From: Nitrospirota bacterium
Lineage (GTDB): Bacteria > Nitrospirota > UBA9217
Length of the DNA stretch: 64,000 nt
Assembly (NCBI GenBank): GCA_963749655.1
Contig: CAVVOB010000022.1
Coordinates: forward strand, 1-64,000
Direction: 5' to 3'
The position numbers were made by a program, and so were the translations under genes. Numbering within the stretch: the stretch's first letter is position 1; the number at the start of each line of letters is the position of its first letter. Of this stretch, positions 54,903 to 64,000 are shown one piece after another. Below the pieces are notes generated by a model. The model was not told the origin of the DNA. It made no database searches and worked only from the letters and a program-made list of their open reading frames with translations.

Positions 54903-55169
54903 ATGAAATTTGTGATCGAAACTCCGCATACCCCGCAGGAATGTCTAAGGGCTCTCGATGAGCAGCTGGAAAAGGGGCCGGATGTGCTGAGGAAGTTCAA
55001 CTATGGTTGCAAAGCCGGTGATCACACCGGGTACGCAATTGCAGAGGTGAAGGACGAAAAGGAAGCACGGGACCTCATTCCGGGGTTCCTGCTGAATAAG
55101 GCGCGCATTATCGCTGTCGATGTTTTCACTCCTGAAGTGATCAAGTCACTGCATGCAAAGGCGGCATAG
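54903..55169 (+). CDS. Small hypothetical protein
   Basis: AGGAGG RBS; PHTPQECL..GCKAGDHTGY. Confidence 0.7.
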   Translation: MKFVIETPHTPQECLRALDEQLEKGPDVLRKFNYGCKAGDHTGYAIAEVKDEKEARDLIPGFLLNKARIIAVDVFTPEVIKSLHAKAA

Positions 55170-55266
55170 TATTCCGTACCAGCCTATAGCAGGACGACCA
55201 AAAGAAAATGACAGCACCGGACGGGATCTTTTCCCGTCCGGATTTTTGTCCCTCTTTGCCGCTGCC

Positions 55267-55806
55267 CTAGTCTCTTCCGCCCTGATCCCTGTCAGGGGAA
55301 TCGCCTTCGTCCCTCCTCCTCACATCCGGAGACAGCCTGATATAGGCGGTCACCTTTCCTTCTTTCAGCGTGTACGTGATGAGCAGAGGGTCTGTGGACC
55401 CGATGTCATAAGGCAGGTAGCCGGGCCGCATGTCGTAGCCGATAATGCCTCCGCGGTCGTCGACGATCCTGCGAACGCGCGTTTCGACGACGGTGTGAAA
55501 AGTGCACCGCAGGAACTTATTCGCCTTCGCGAGCGCCTCCTGTGCGGGTAAACCTCGTTGCACGGAGTACATGGACGGAAGGGAGAAAATATCGAGCGGA
55601 TAAGGACTGGGGTCATCGACGAGGATCGCGGCATTCTCAATGTCGTCCGGATACTTGCAGCCGTACAGCATCAGGGTGTACGAGCCTCCGATACCCGCCG
55701 GATCAGTTCCTTCCGTCACGAGCCGCTGTCCCGCAACACAGGATTGCGCGGACAGGGCCAGGAATATGAGCAGAGCAAATCCAATGCTGGCTTCCCGTTG
55801 TTTCAT
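55267..55806 (-). CDS. Hypothetical exported protein / lipoprotein
   Basis: GGAGG RBS, hydrophobic N-terminus ending AQSC; the track's upstream extension reads through the repeat. Confidence 0.65.
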   Translation of the reverse strand: MKQREASIGFALLIFLALSAQSCVAGQRLVTEGTDPAGIGGSYTLMLYGCKYPDDIENAAILVDDPSPYPLDIFSLPSMYSVQRGLPAQEALAKANKFLRCTFHTVVETRVRRIVDDRGGIIGYDMRPGYLPYDIGSTDPLLITYTLKEGKVTAYIRLSPDVRRRDEGDSPDRDQGGRD

Positions 55807-55850
55807 GTTCGGGTCCTCCCACCGCAGGGGATCATTTCCGGTCCGCAATC

Positions 55851-56044
55851 CCGCGCCTTGGCATCCCCCGGCTCCTGCCGGGGGTGGAAAGCGCTCACTC
55901 GCGCGTGACACGAACGTGTCACGCATGCGCGAGTTCGCAGTTCCACCTGGCACGTGCATCCGCACTCGTAAACGCCGGGTGCAGGCGGGAGGTCGCGTTG
56001 TTCGAGGGAGCCTCCGGCTCCTGCCGGAGGGGGCTCCACTGCGG
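55851..56044. repeat. Dispersed multi-hairpin REP/MITE-like element, copy 2
   Basis: Same ends as 41887-42038 (CCGCGCCTTGGCATCCCCCGG...GCCGGAGGGGGCTCCACTGCGG) plus an extra internal module. Confidence 0.85.
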
Positions 56045-56190
56045 TTATGCGCGACGACTACTTATTAGTATAACCCCGTCGGTAAAAAAAATCAGGCATC
56101 CTTGCCGCGAATCATTCGGAGGTTGTATAATACAACCAAGGGGTCGGCTGCTCCGAGAAAAAGCGGACAAGGGCGAGGATTGCGACCGTT

Positions 56191-56622
56191 ATGACATCAT
56201 GGGCTAAGTGGGCGAATAAACGGGTGCTCGTTGCAGACGATTCCCAGACGATGAGGATGCTGATCCTTTTTCACCTCATCAAGATGCTTCCCGGCGTGCA
56301 GATCGTGGAGGCGGTGAACGGCGCCCACGCGCTGGAAAAGCTGAAGATGCAGGAAGTGGACCTCATCCTGACCGACATGAACATGCCGGAAATGGACGGC
56401 GCCGGGCTTATCTGCGCAGTGCGTCAGGAATTGAACAGGGATACGCCGATCATCATTATCACCACGAGGGGCGAGCAGCGCGACCGGGAGCGCGGAATGG
56501 CGCTCGGCGCAAACGGCTACATCACGAAACCGATCGATATACGCCAGTTCCGTGAAACGATCCGGAGGTTCATCTTCAAGGCGGATACGGACAGCGCCGG
56601 CAGCGCAGAGGCTGGAGGGTGA
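56191..56622 (+). CDS. Single-domain response regulator (CheY-like)
   Basis: VLVADDS, LILTDMNMPEMDG, IITT and YITKP. Confidence 0.92.
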   Translation: MTSWAKWANKRVLVADDSQTMRMLILFHLIKMLPGVQIVEAVNGAHALEKLKMQEVDLILTDMNMPEMDGAGLICAVRQELNRDTPIIIITTRGEQRDRERGMALGANGYITKPIDIRQFRETIRRFIFKADTDSAGSAEAGG

Positions 56623-57035
56623 GGCGGCGTTTGCACCGGTCCGGCTGACGGCTGAAGGTCGCAGCCGATTCCCCCTCAGAACATTCCCTCAGTCAAAGAA
56701 AACTTCAATATTATCTTCTGCCCTTGCCCCCATTCCTTTGGTTCTTCTTCATGCTGTTTCCTTGCGCGACGGCCGAATAGAGGTGAAACGCACAATCGGG
56801 TCCGATCAGGCCGAGAGCGCCGCTGAGTGAAATCCGGACTTTTCCGCGCTGGATCATGCTTCGGTAGAGAAACCGGAGCCGGATTTCCTCGGATGCGCTG
56901 CCTGCCGGCACTGTGCCGGTTCTTTCCGATATGGGCAGCTTTGTTCTGCTCATGGTTATCATACTAATCCTGCCGAGGGTCTTCATCAACTGAAAATCAA
57001 TGTTTCCCGAAGAGAGCGGAAACCACGGAAATCCG

Positions 57036-57971
57036 CTATATTTTCAAAAAAGCGCTGAGCGCTGAAATGGCTTCTGTATACACGGTGTCCTGGGAGATGT
57101 CCTCCATCGATCCGGACGCGCCTGCCGAGACGACCGTGACACGGTTGCCCGCAGGCTTCCAGAGCTGCGGATCAGAGGGGCCGAAAAGGGCGATGACCGG
57201 GCGGCCAAGCGCTGCAGCCAGATGGGTCATGCCGGAATCATTCCCTACGTAGAGCGTGCAAAGAGACAAAAGAGCGGCGGCATCGATCAGCTTCATTGAG
57301 GCGGCATGGAGGGCAAGAGCATGGTCCTGCGCGAACAGGTCGAGCTCCTGCGTTGTGTCCGGGGATTCCGCGGGTCCGGAAAAGAGAATGATGAAGTTTT
57401 TTCCATCCCGGTGAATTTTGTGTGCAAGTTCGAGATAACGGTCCAGAAGCCAGCATTTTGACCGGCCGCCGCTGCCGGGATGGATGGCGAGCAGGCCTCT
57501 CCCTGTTGTCCATCCATGATGCCGAAGAAGGGCCGCTGCTGCGTCCAACCGCTCCCGTGACAGCTGCAGAGAAGAAAAGGCGGTTTCGCCAGGAAGATCG
57601 GCATTGAATTGAGTAAGCCGGTAGCGAGCCACAGGGATGCCTGCGCCGGAAGGGGGGGTCGTGCGGATCCTATGGGTGCGTGGAATTACCGACGCGATGT
57701 CGAGCTCTGCGCCTGAGGTGAAGACAAAGGCGCGGTCGAATCCTTCGAGAAATGTGCGCGCACACTCGTCGACACGGGCATAAAAGGAAGTGAAGCGGGC
57801 GCTGTCCGCAGAGGAAGCTTCATCAACAACCCCGGCATCGCGCAGAAATTCGGCCACATCACTGCGGCCGATGAAGTGGAGGTGCGAGGCATCCTCCCTG
57901 ATGATCCGAAAACAAGGCAGCGACAGGAGAACATCGCCGAGCGCCCCGGGGTGGTGGATGAGCGTTTTCAT
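57036..57971 (-). CDS. Glycosyltransferase family 9 (heptosyltransferase-like)
   Basis: GALGDVLL, IHPGSG..KCW and VGNDSGMTHLAAALG.P..LFGP. Confidence 0.9.
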   Translation of the reverse strand: MKTLIHHPGALGDVLLSLPCFRIIREDASHLHFIGRSDVAEFLRDAGVVDEASSADSARFTSFYARVDECARTFLEGFDRAFVFTSGAELDIASVIPRTHRIRTTPPSGAGIPVARYRLTQFNADLPGETAFSSLQLSRERLDAAAALLRHHGWTTGRGLLAIHPGSGGRSKCWLLDRYLELAHKIHRDGKNFIILFSGPAESPDTTQELDLFAQDHALALHAASMKLIDAAALLSLCTLYVGNDSGMTHLAAALGRPVIALFGPSDPQLWKPAGNRVTVVSAGASGSMEDISQDTVYTEAISALSAFLKI

Positions 57972-58275
57972 CGAGGCATCCTCAGATTTCGTCGGGGGCA
58001 ACGTTTACCGTTTCAATACGGAGCATGTCCGCAGACTCCGCGTGATTTGGTTTGCTTCCCGCGGCAGTGAGCGCTGCGGAACCGGTGATGCGGCTGCCAT
58101 GATATGCTCCTCTCTAAGATTGCGGTCCTCATCTTGCCGGATTATAACAGACAAGAGCACCCGTTTTCCAGTATGACAGGGTTGATGAAAGGAGGGGAAG
58201 GGGATATAATGATGAAGCATCAGCTTTATATACTACTTTATATACTACGGGATGACAGGAAGAGGAGGGTGGTTC

Positions 58276-58827
58276 ATGCCGAAAGTTGCCGTTATTCTTG
58301 CCGATGGATTTGAGGAAGTGGAGGCCGTTGCAGTCATTGATGTGCTGCGCAGGGCCGGGATCGAGACGGTCATTGCAGGGCTCCATGCCGGGCCCGTCTC
58401 AAGCGCGCGGAACGTGAAGATCGTTCCCGACGCGGTGATCGACGCGGTGAAGGTCGACGATTTCGATATGATCATCCTGCCCGGCGGCCAGCCGGGTTCA
58501 GACAACCTGAATGCCGATGAGCGCGTGAAAGACCTTATCAAGGGATTTTCTCAGAAAGGCAAACTCACCGCCGCCATATGCGCCGCTCCTTTTGTTCTTG
58601 CGAACGCGGGAGTCCTGAAGGGCAAGCGTGTGACATCCTACCCGTCATACAAGGACCGGTTGGGAGGCGCAACCTACGAGGAGAAGTCCGTGGTCGTCGA
58701 CGGCACGGTGCTTACCAGCAGGGGCGCGGGCACGGCTCTCCATTTCGGCCTTGCCATTGTCGAAAAGCTCATCAACAAGGAAAAGGCGCAGAAGATTAAA
58801 GAGGCAATGCTGATAGCCAACGACTGA
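58276..58827 (+). CDS. DJ-1/PfpI family protein (YajL/ThiJ-like)
   Basis: GFEEVEA, LPGG, AAICAAP and TSRGAGT. Confidence 0.93.
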   Translation: MPKVAVILADGFEEVEAVAVIDVLRRAGIETVIAGLHAGPVSSARNVKIVPDAVIDAVKVDDFDMIILPGGQPGSDNLNADERVKDLIKGFSQKGKLTAAICAAPFVLANAGVLKGKRVTSYPSYKDRLGGATYEEKSVVVDGTVLTSRGAGTALHFGLAIVEKLINKEKAQKIKEAMLIAND

Positions 58828-58861
58828 TTCTGACGGCAAACTTTTCTCCCGGGGGCCGAGT

Positions 58862-59975
58862 ATGAACCTAAGAACAGTGTTCGGAACCTTTATTTCGGCA
58901 GCAGCGCTGAGCTCAGTTCTTGTCATCGCACTGCACTGCATCGTCCTGGCCGGATCCGGTGAGGTCCGGTCCGGCGGGTCTTTTAACGTCGGCTATACCG
59001 TCCTCGATTTTCCCCATCACTCCGGCAAACAGAACAAGACGTTGACCGTGGCCGTTTGGTATCCGACAGAGTCAGCCCCGGCACACCATGATTACGGCGG
59101 AAAGGCCAAAGGCATTGTTGCTCTCAATGCGCCGCCCTACCAGGCCGGAGGCCCCTATCCCTTTCTCCTCTTTTCCCACGGCTTCGGAGGCAGCGGGCTT
59201 GCGCACCGGTTTTTGGCGGAAAAACTCGCAGCCCGGGGCTGGATAGTCGCCGCGCCTGACCACGGGGACAGGTATTCCGCTTTCCGCATTCGCACCGGCC
59301 CGAACAATGATCTGGACCGCCCGGGCTTCCTGATCGAGGCGAGGAAAATAGGCCTGTCGGGCCCGGACCAGCGGGGAAAGTATGAGTACCGGCTTGATGA
59401 ATTAAAAGCCGTGCTTGACGGGATGCTTGAATCGTCGCCATTCAAGATGCTGATCAACAGGAACCAGATCGCCGTGGGCGGACATTCCCTGGGCGGCTTC
59501 ACTGCGTTGGGATTGTGCGGGCCTGTCGAGGAGAGGCGGGACGCCCGCATCAAGGCGGTGCTCCTGTTCTCCACGGGAGCAGGGGGATACCTCTTCCGCG
59601 AAAACGAGCTGGACCGCCTGAAGATCCCTTACCTGTATTTTCTGGGAGAACGCGAGGAGGGGCAGAAGCGGGGAGATAGAACCATGAAGGAACTGGCCGA
59701 GAAGGTCTTCCTCCGCGCCGCACCGCCGAAGTATCTCGTGGTGCTGAAAGGCGGCGGTCATTTTTCATTCAATGAAGCGCTTATCGGACAGGCCGGGCTC
59801 GGACGTTTTTGGGGGCAGTGAACAACAGTTTGAGGTGATCCGGCGATACTCCATTGCGTTCCTGGAAAAATACGTCGCCGGTAAGGACGACCTCTCCGGG
59901 ATCCTGGAACATCAGGATCCGCTCGTGACACGCATTATCAGTGAAACCAGCAGTGGCGTTCCGGGAAAAAACTGA
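58862..59975 (+). CDS. Secreted dienelactone-hydrolase/PAF-AH-like alpha/beta hydrolase; C-terminal frameshift
   Basis: VWYP, FSHGFGG, APDH, nucleophile GHSLGG and HFSF. Confidence 0.82.
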
Positions 59976-60055
59976 AAGGGCGACACTTACTAATAAACCT
60001 TTATCCGCAGATTTCGCCGATGGACGCAGATGAAGGCTACAAGAAAACCAAACAG

Positions 60056-61430
60056 CATTGCTGTCCAAGATAATCTGATTTCCTGAAGCTCACCCCTACC
60101 AATCAAGGCTTTTAGACAGGTAATTCCATCATCTCGGATTCAGGTTCTTTGTTCTGCTGTCCAATTACCGATAGCTCATTACCAGTTGTTCTGCCGACGG
60201 TACAATCGGCGGTGTTTCAAACGGATTATCCAGCCATGTCCATAAATCTCGATACGTGAACAGGTTATACCGGAGCATGGCAACCAAATTCGACAACGAC
60301 CAGCCGAGTGTGGAACGGAACTTCAAGTACTTCAACACCAGGATTGCGATTAATGCTGTCCAAATCTGGGTCAGCAAAGCATTCCGGCTCGTTCCCACAA
60401 ACGTCTTGATCTTCAGATTCTGCTTGATCGTCTTGAAAAATATCTCAATCTGCCAACGGTCTTTATATATGCTCGCGATGGTCGTAGCGCCAAAAGTGAG
60501 ATGATTTGTCCACAGAACAATCACCCGCTCATTGTCTGCGTCCCATACTTCTACCCGCCGCAGGATATATGGGCATTTCCTGATTGAGTAATGGCCTGTC
60601 AGCTCAATGAGCTGGTCTTTAATGATGTTTCTGTTGTCGGGTACCGCTCTCTTTTCGATCACCTTGAAAGCGGCGTTATCCTTCTCTCTCGTTACAAAAA
60701 AAATTCCGGCCTCGGTCCATCGGGCAAACTGCTCATAGTCCACATAACCCCGATCAATTGCCAGGATGGAGCCTTTGGGGAACGTGAGCGTATGCGCGAT
60801 GTTCACTTCATGCACATTCCCCTCGGTCATACTGCAGAAGACCGGAAGATAGCCGTCGTGGTCCAACAGCAGGTGAAGCTTGATAGCTCCTTTTTTCTGC
60901 CGATACTTTGCCCAGTCAAACAAAGTGATGCAAAGTTCTATCAGCGTGGCATCGAGGCTGAACAGCTTGTTCTTGAACCGAAACGGCTTCTTGCCGTGTG
61001 CCAGAACCCGGCACTTGGCCAGGAGCTGATAAAAGACCTTCTGGTACAGCTGCCACGGCCGATGCTCGTTGGCATAGGCCAGTGTGGAACGTTTGGGCGC
61101 TACATCTATCCCGAGGTGCTTAAGCTTGCCTAGGCATGTCGCCAATCCGCCGCAAATCTCCCGCAGCGAGTGTGCTTGTCCCAACTGACAGAACACCATT
61201 GCAACGAACTGACCCCAGCAACTGAACCCTTTTACGCCTCTTTCTGCCCGTGTTTCCCGCACCGCTCTCACAAAATCCTGCTGCGAAAATATATCTAGAA
61301 TCTGTCCGAAAATGCTGTTAAACTTGTTCACGGGGATGTCCTCCTTCGGATATTTTGGTCTTCGACAAACCTACTTTATCCGATTGAGGCTTCCCCTGCA
61401 ATTACTCAAATCCTATCTTGGACGGGTCTG
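60056..61430 (-). mobile_element. IS4-family insertion sequence, complete
   Basis: Imperfect terminal inverted repeats CATTGCTGTCCAAGATAA / CAGACCCGTCCAAGATAG (reverse complement); 9-bp target duplication ACCAAACAG at 60047-60055 and 61431-61439. Confidence 0.92.
60165..61331 (-). CDS. IS4-family DDE transposase (DUF4372 + DDE_Tnp_1)
   Basis: SLREI, RSTLAYAN, LDAT, KLH, DRGY and YKDRWQIE.FFK (YREK signature). Confidence 0.95.
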   Translation of the reverse strand: MNKFNSIFGQILDIFSQQDFVRAVRETRAERGVKGFSCWGQFVAMVFCQLGQAHSLREICGGLATCLGKLKHLGIDVAPKRSTLAYANEHRPWQLYQKVFYQLLAKCRVLAHGKKPFRFKNKLFSLDATLIELCITLFDWAKYRQKKGAIKLHLLLDHDGYLPVFCSMTEGNVHEVNIAHTLTFPKGSILAIDRGYVDYEQFARWTEAGIFFVTREKDNAAFKVIEKRAVPDNRNIIKDQLIELTGHYSIRKCPYILRRVEVWDADNERVIVLWTNHLTFGATTIASIYKDRWQIEIFFKTIKQNLKIKTFVGTSRNALLTQIWTALIAILVLKYLKFRSTLGWSLSNLVAMLRYNLFTYRDLWTWLDNPFETPPIVPSAEQLVMSYR

Positions 61431-61572
61431 ACCAAACAGCTTCTTTGAATTTGGAGATTCCTTCCTGCTTACCCAAGTGTTGCACTTCACAATTGAACTT
61501 GCGACTTTCTGCGAAATCTGCGAATAAAGGTCCCGCTTTGCTGCTTTGGATCGGCATCAAACCGGTCAAGCG

Positions 61573-62220
61573 TCATTTCTTTTGCACAGGCAGCCGAATT
61601 TCAAACCTGCAGTTTGGATGTTCCCCATGGTCGCAATGCTCGGTGACCGGCAGTCCGGTCAGATCCTTCAGCAGCGTTTCCATCGCTATGCAGGAACGGG
61701 CGTCGGCGCTCACGGCTTCGGCGATCGGACATCCAAAGCTGCTGACGACGAGCTTCCCCTTTTCCTCGGTGACCTCAGCCGCTGACCCCAGTATCTTGAG
61801 AAACCCGAGGGCGGATTTGACCCGCTCCCGGGGATTGCCCGAGGGGCGGGGCACTGAGTTCGCGAGCCGCTGCCCCAGTTCCCGCATCACCGTGCGGAAT
61901 TCGCTCTCATCGAGCTTTTGCGACAGCACGCCGACCAGGTGCGAGAGAATGACGGGGTACGCCTTGGAGAAATGCACGTCTGCGCCGGGCCTGACGCCGT
62001 AAACCGCGGCCGGTCTGCGCGTTCCCTTCACCGCGCCGCGGACCTCCACCATCCCCTCCCGCTGAAGAAGGGCGATCTGCGCCCGCACGGCGTTTTTCGT
62101 GACGCCGAGTTTCTCCGCGAGCGATTCAACGGTGTCTCCGCCCTTGAGCAGCAGCTTGACAATCCGCTCCCGCGCCCCTGCAGGCTTTTCCGTTCCGGCA
62201 TTCAAGGAAGACAGGACCAT
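61573..62220 (-). CDS. wHTH transcriptional regulator, SufR/ArsR-like with C-terminal Cys cluster
   Basis: TVESLAEKLGVTKNAVR, RRPAAVY, CPI..C..C....C.F. Confidence 0.82.
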   Translation of the reverse strand: MVLSSLNAGTEKPAGARERIVKLLLKGGDTVESLAEKLGVTKNAVRAQIALLQREGMVEVRGAVKGTRRPAAVYGVRPGADVHFSKAYPVILSHLVGVLSQKLDESEFRTVMRELGQRLANSVPRPSGNPRERVKSALGFLKILGSAAEVTEEKGKLVVSSFGCPIAEAVSADARSCIAMETLLKDLTGLPVTEHCDHGEHPNCRFEIRLPVQKK

Positions 62221-62274
62221 AGTAATTCTCCTTTTCTATTTTCACTATACGGCACCCCGGGTAAATTGTCAAAT

Positions 62275-62318
62275 AAGTCAAATAAGAATTTGACTTGTTG
62301 TTATTATCGCGCTACACT
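62275..62318 (+). promoter_or_regulatory. Operator palindrome overlapping a sigma70 promoter
   Basis: AAGTCAAAT-AAGA-ATTTGACTT covers the -35 TTGACT, which is 17 nt from -10 TACACT. Confidence 0.7.
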
Positions 62319-62359
62319 TCTATCAGGTTACGTACTGAGCAACAAAGGAGGACACTTCC

Positions 62360-63013
62360 ATGAAGCGCACACTTTTTGTAGCAATCGCATTGATCTTCGC
62401 CGCCAGCCTGCTGTTTTTTCCGGGCCCTGCAGCAGCTGCTGGGGAACACCAGAGCATGGATAAAGCCGCATACCCGCAATCGGTAGTTGCTCTGCGGGAG
62501 GCCATGCGCCAGCTCTGGGAGGAGCACATCGTGTATACCCGGAACTTTATTATCAGCGCCCTTGCCGGTCTTGACGACACCGGCAAGATCGCCGAACGGC
62601 TTCTCAAGAACCAGGACGATATCGGCAACGCCATCAAGCCGATCTATGGAGAGGAAGCTGGCAACAAGCTTGCCGCCCTGCTCAGAGACCATATCCTGAT
62701 CGCCGCGGACATCGTAAAGGCCGCCAAGGCGGGCGACAACGAAGGCGTCGGCGCGGGAGAAAAACGGTGGGCCCGGAATGCGGACGATATTGCCGTCTTC
62801 CTGAGCAGCGCAAACCCGAATTGGCAACTCCAGTCCCTGAAGAACATGCTGTATGTCCATCTGGCCCTGACGACCACGGAGGTCGTATCGCGGATCAAGA
62901 AGGACTGGCCTTCGGACATTGAAGCCTATGACAAAGGTCACGCCCATATGCTCATGTTTTCCGATCTGCTTGCCGACGGGATCGTGAAGCAATTTCCGAA
63001 GAAGTTCCAGTAG
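62360..63013 (+). CDS. Secreted helical, His-containing hypothetical protein
   Basis: Signal peptide; LWEEHIVYTR, RLLKNQ, LLRDHI, HLALT and HAHM. Confidence 0.8.
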   Translation: MKRTLFVAIALIFAASLLFFPGPAAAAGEHQSMDKAAYPQSVVALREAMRQLWEEHIVYTRNFIISALAGLDDTGKIAERLLKNQDDIGNAIKPIYGEEAGNKLAALLRDHILIAADIVKAAKAGDNEGVGAGEKRWARNADDIAVFLSSANPNWQLQSLKNMLYVHLALTTTEVVSRIKKDWPSDIEAYDKGHAHMLMFSDLLADGIVKQFPKKFQ

Positions 63014-63158
63014 CGCAGGGAGTCATGGCCTCTCCCGCCTCCTGACGGAATGCAGGGCGATAGTGGTATCCTAGGAGAAAGGATACGCAATCGCCCTGCG
63101 GGGGAAGGGCTGCGAATCCGGGAACTTCGCATTGAAGTAAAAAGGAGTGTGACTTACC

Positions 63159-63587
63159 ATGAAGAAGAATGCAAAAGGATTATTATTCATATACAGTCTG
63201 GCTGCGATCGCAGTCGTATTGGCGAGCTGCGGCGGTGGAGGGTCGATGGGCTACGGCAGCAGTGGATCTTCTACCACCAGCGCGACGTCCACGGTCCAGC
63301 TGGTCACGTGTCCTGCGAGCGGCACCACGGACGTTTCGATCGTGAGCATGGTCGCCGGTTTCAGTCCTGCCAGCATGACGGTGCCCCTGAACACTACGGT
63401 AAAATGGACGAACATCGATACAACAACCCATACAGTCACGAGTACGACGGTGCCGACCAACGGCGCCTTCAACGCTCAGGTAAACCCCGGAACATCGGTC
63501 TGTTATAAATTTACGTCAGGAGGGACGTTTAACTATCATTGCTCGATCCATCCGACAATGCCTGCCGCGGCCCTGACAGTGCAGTGA
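63159..63587 (+). CDS. Cupredoxin (plastocyanin/amicyanin-like) lipoprotein
   Basis: Lipobox LASC, Ser/Thr/Gly linker, WTN..HTV and type-1 Cu ligands YHCSIHPTM. Confidence 0.88.
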   Translation: MKKNAKGLLFIYSLAAIAVVLASCGGGGSMGYGSSGSSTTSATSTVQLVTCPASGTTDVSIVSMVAGFSPASMTVPLNTTVKWTNIDTTTHTVTSTTVPTNGAFNAQVNPGTSVCYKFTSGGTFNYHCSIHPTMPAAALTVQ

Positions 63588-63726
63588 CAAGCTGACTCCT
63601 GCAGTAATTCGAACAACGGTGCGGGGCACGGGGACCATGCTCCGCACCTTCCTTTTTAACCGGGCTTGAATTCTGATTTCTGAGGATCAGTGATCCTATG
63701 GAATTCCGTCTGCACATGACAGTTGG

Positions 63727-63820
63727 AACCACTGATGAACACGGTAAAAACCCACTCAAGATCAGGCTGTCCGGACAGGTATCCTTTGATGGGCGGCATT
63801 AACCGTGTTCATCCGTGGTT
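63727..63820. repeat. Palindromic intergenic element
   Basis: AACCACTGATGAACACGGT ... ACCGTGTTCATCCGTGGTT (18/19 inverted match). Confidence 0.75.
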
Positions 63821-63853
63821 CCCTGTCTTTTTTCAGTCATCGACCGGTGGGCC

Positions 63854-64000
63854 ATGCGAATCGCAGTGATCGCCGACATCCATGCGAACCTGGAGGCCTT
63901 GCGCGCCGTACTCGAACGGACCCGCGAGCTCAAACCCGATGCAATGGTCTGCCTCGGAGACATCGTCGGGTACAACGCTAATCCCAACGAGTGCATCGAA
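63854..64000 (+). CDS. Metallophosphoesterase, partial
   Basis: MRIAVIADIHANLEAL..CLGDIVGY; runs off the window. Confidence 0.9.
   Translation, partial: MRIAVIADIHANLEALRAVLERTRELKPDAMVCLGDIVGYNANPNECIE

Noticed and set aside
56711-58220. Small ORFs 56711..56989 and 58005..58220 flanking the GT9 gene
   Set aside because: No recognisable motif or convincing RBS.

Overview
Bacterial chromosomal window with many single-base frameshifts, consistent with uncorrected long-read sequence. It appears to join two unrelated segments at about 18869-18871, where a 5'-truncated folD meets a start-less yyaL head-to-head across a 3-bp overlap. The left segment holds a degenerate Ser/Thr kinase-AAA-TPR protein, a Dpp/Opp A-B-C set, HU, NfuA-like protein, GH20, HDOD-REC-GGDEF, Smr, aspartase/fumarase, fhs, an MFS transporter and folD. 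The right segment holds yyaL, Crp/DUF2892 and a nitrogen-assimilation cluster (KaiC-like/XRE/cupin regulator, two FMN glutamate-synthase paralogues, NrpR, split GltB1/GltB2/GltB3-GltD). It then carries the best candidate for an undescribed system: a GEMM-I riboswitch with the A20 (3',3'-cGAMP-type) signature and ON-switch terminator, leading a ~13 kb operon of lipoprotein, CsgG/FlgT-like+PEGA+TPR lipoprotein, TolB-like propeller, TPR protein and a complete peptide ABC importer. Further right are accessory genes, several families of palindromic or heptamer repeats, an intact IS4 element with a 9-bp target duplication, and a SufR-like regulator divergent from a secreted protein and a cupredoxin. 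All calls come from reading motifs by eye; no database searches were run.
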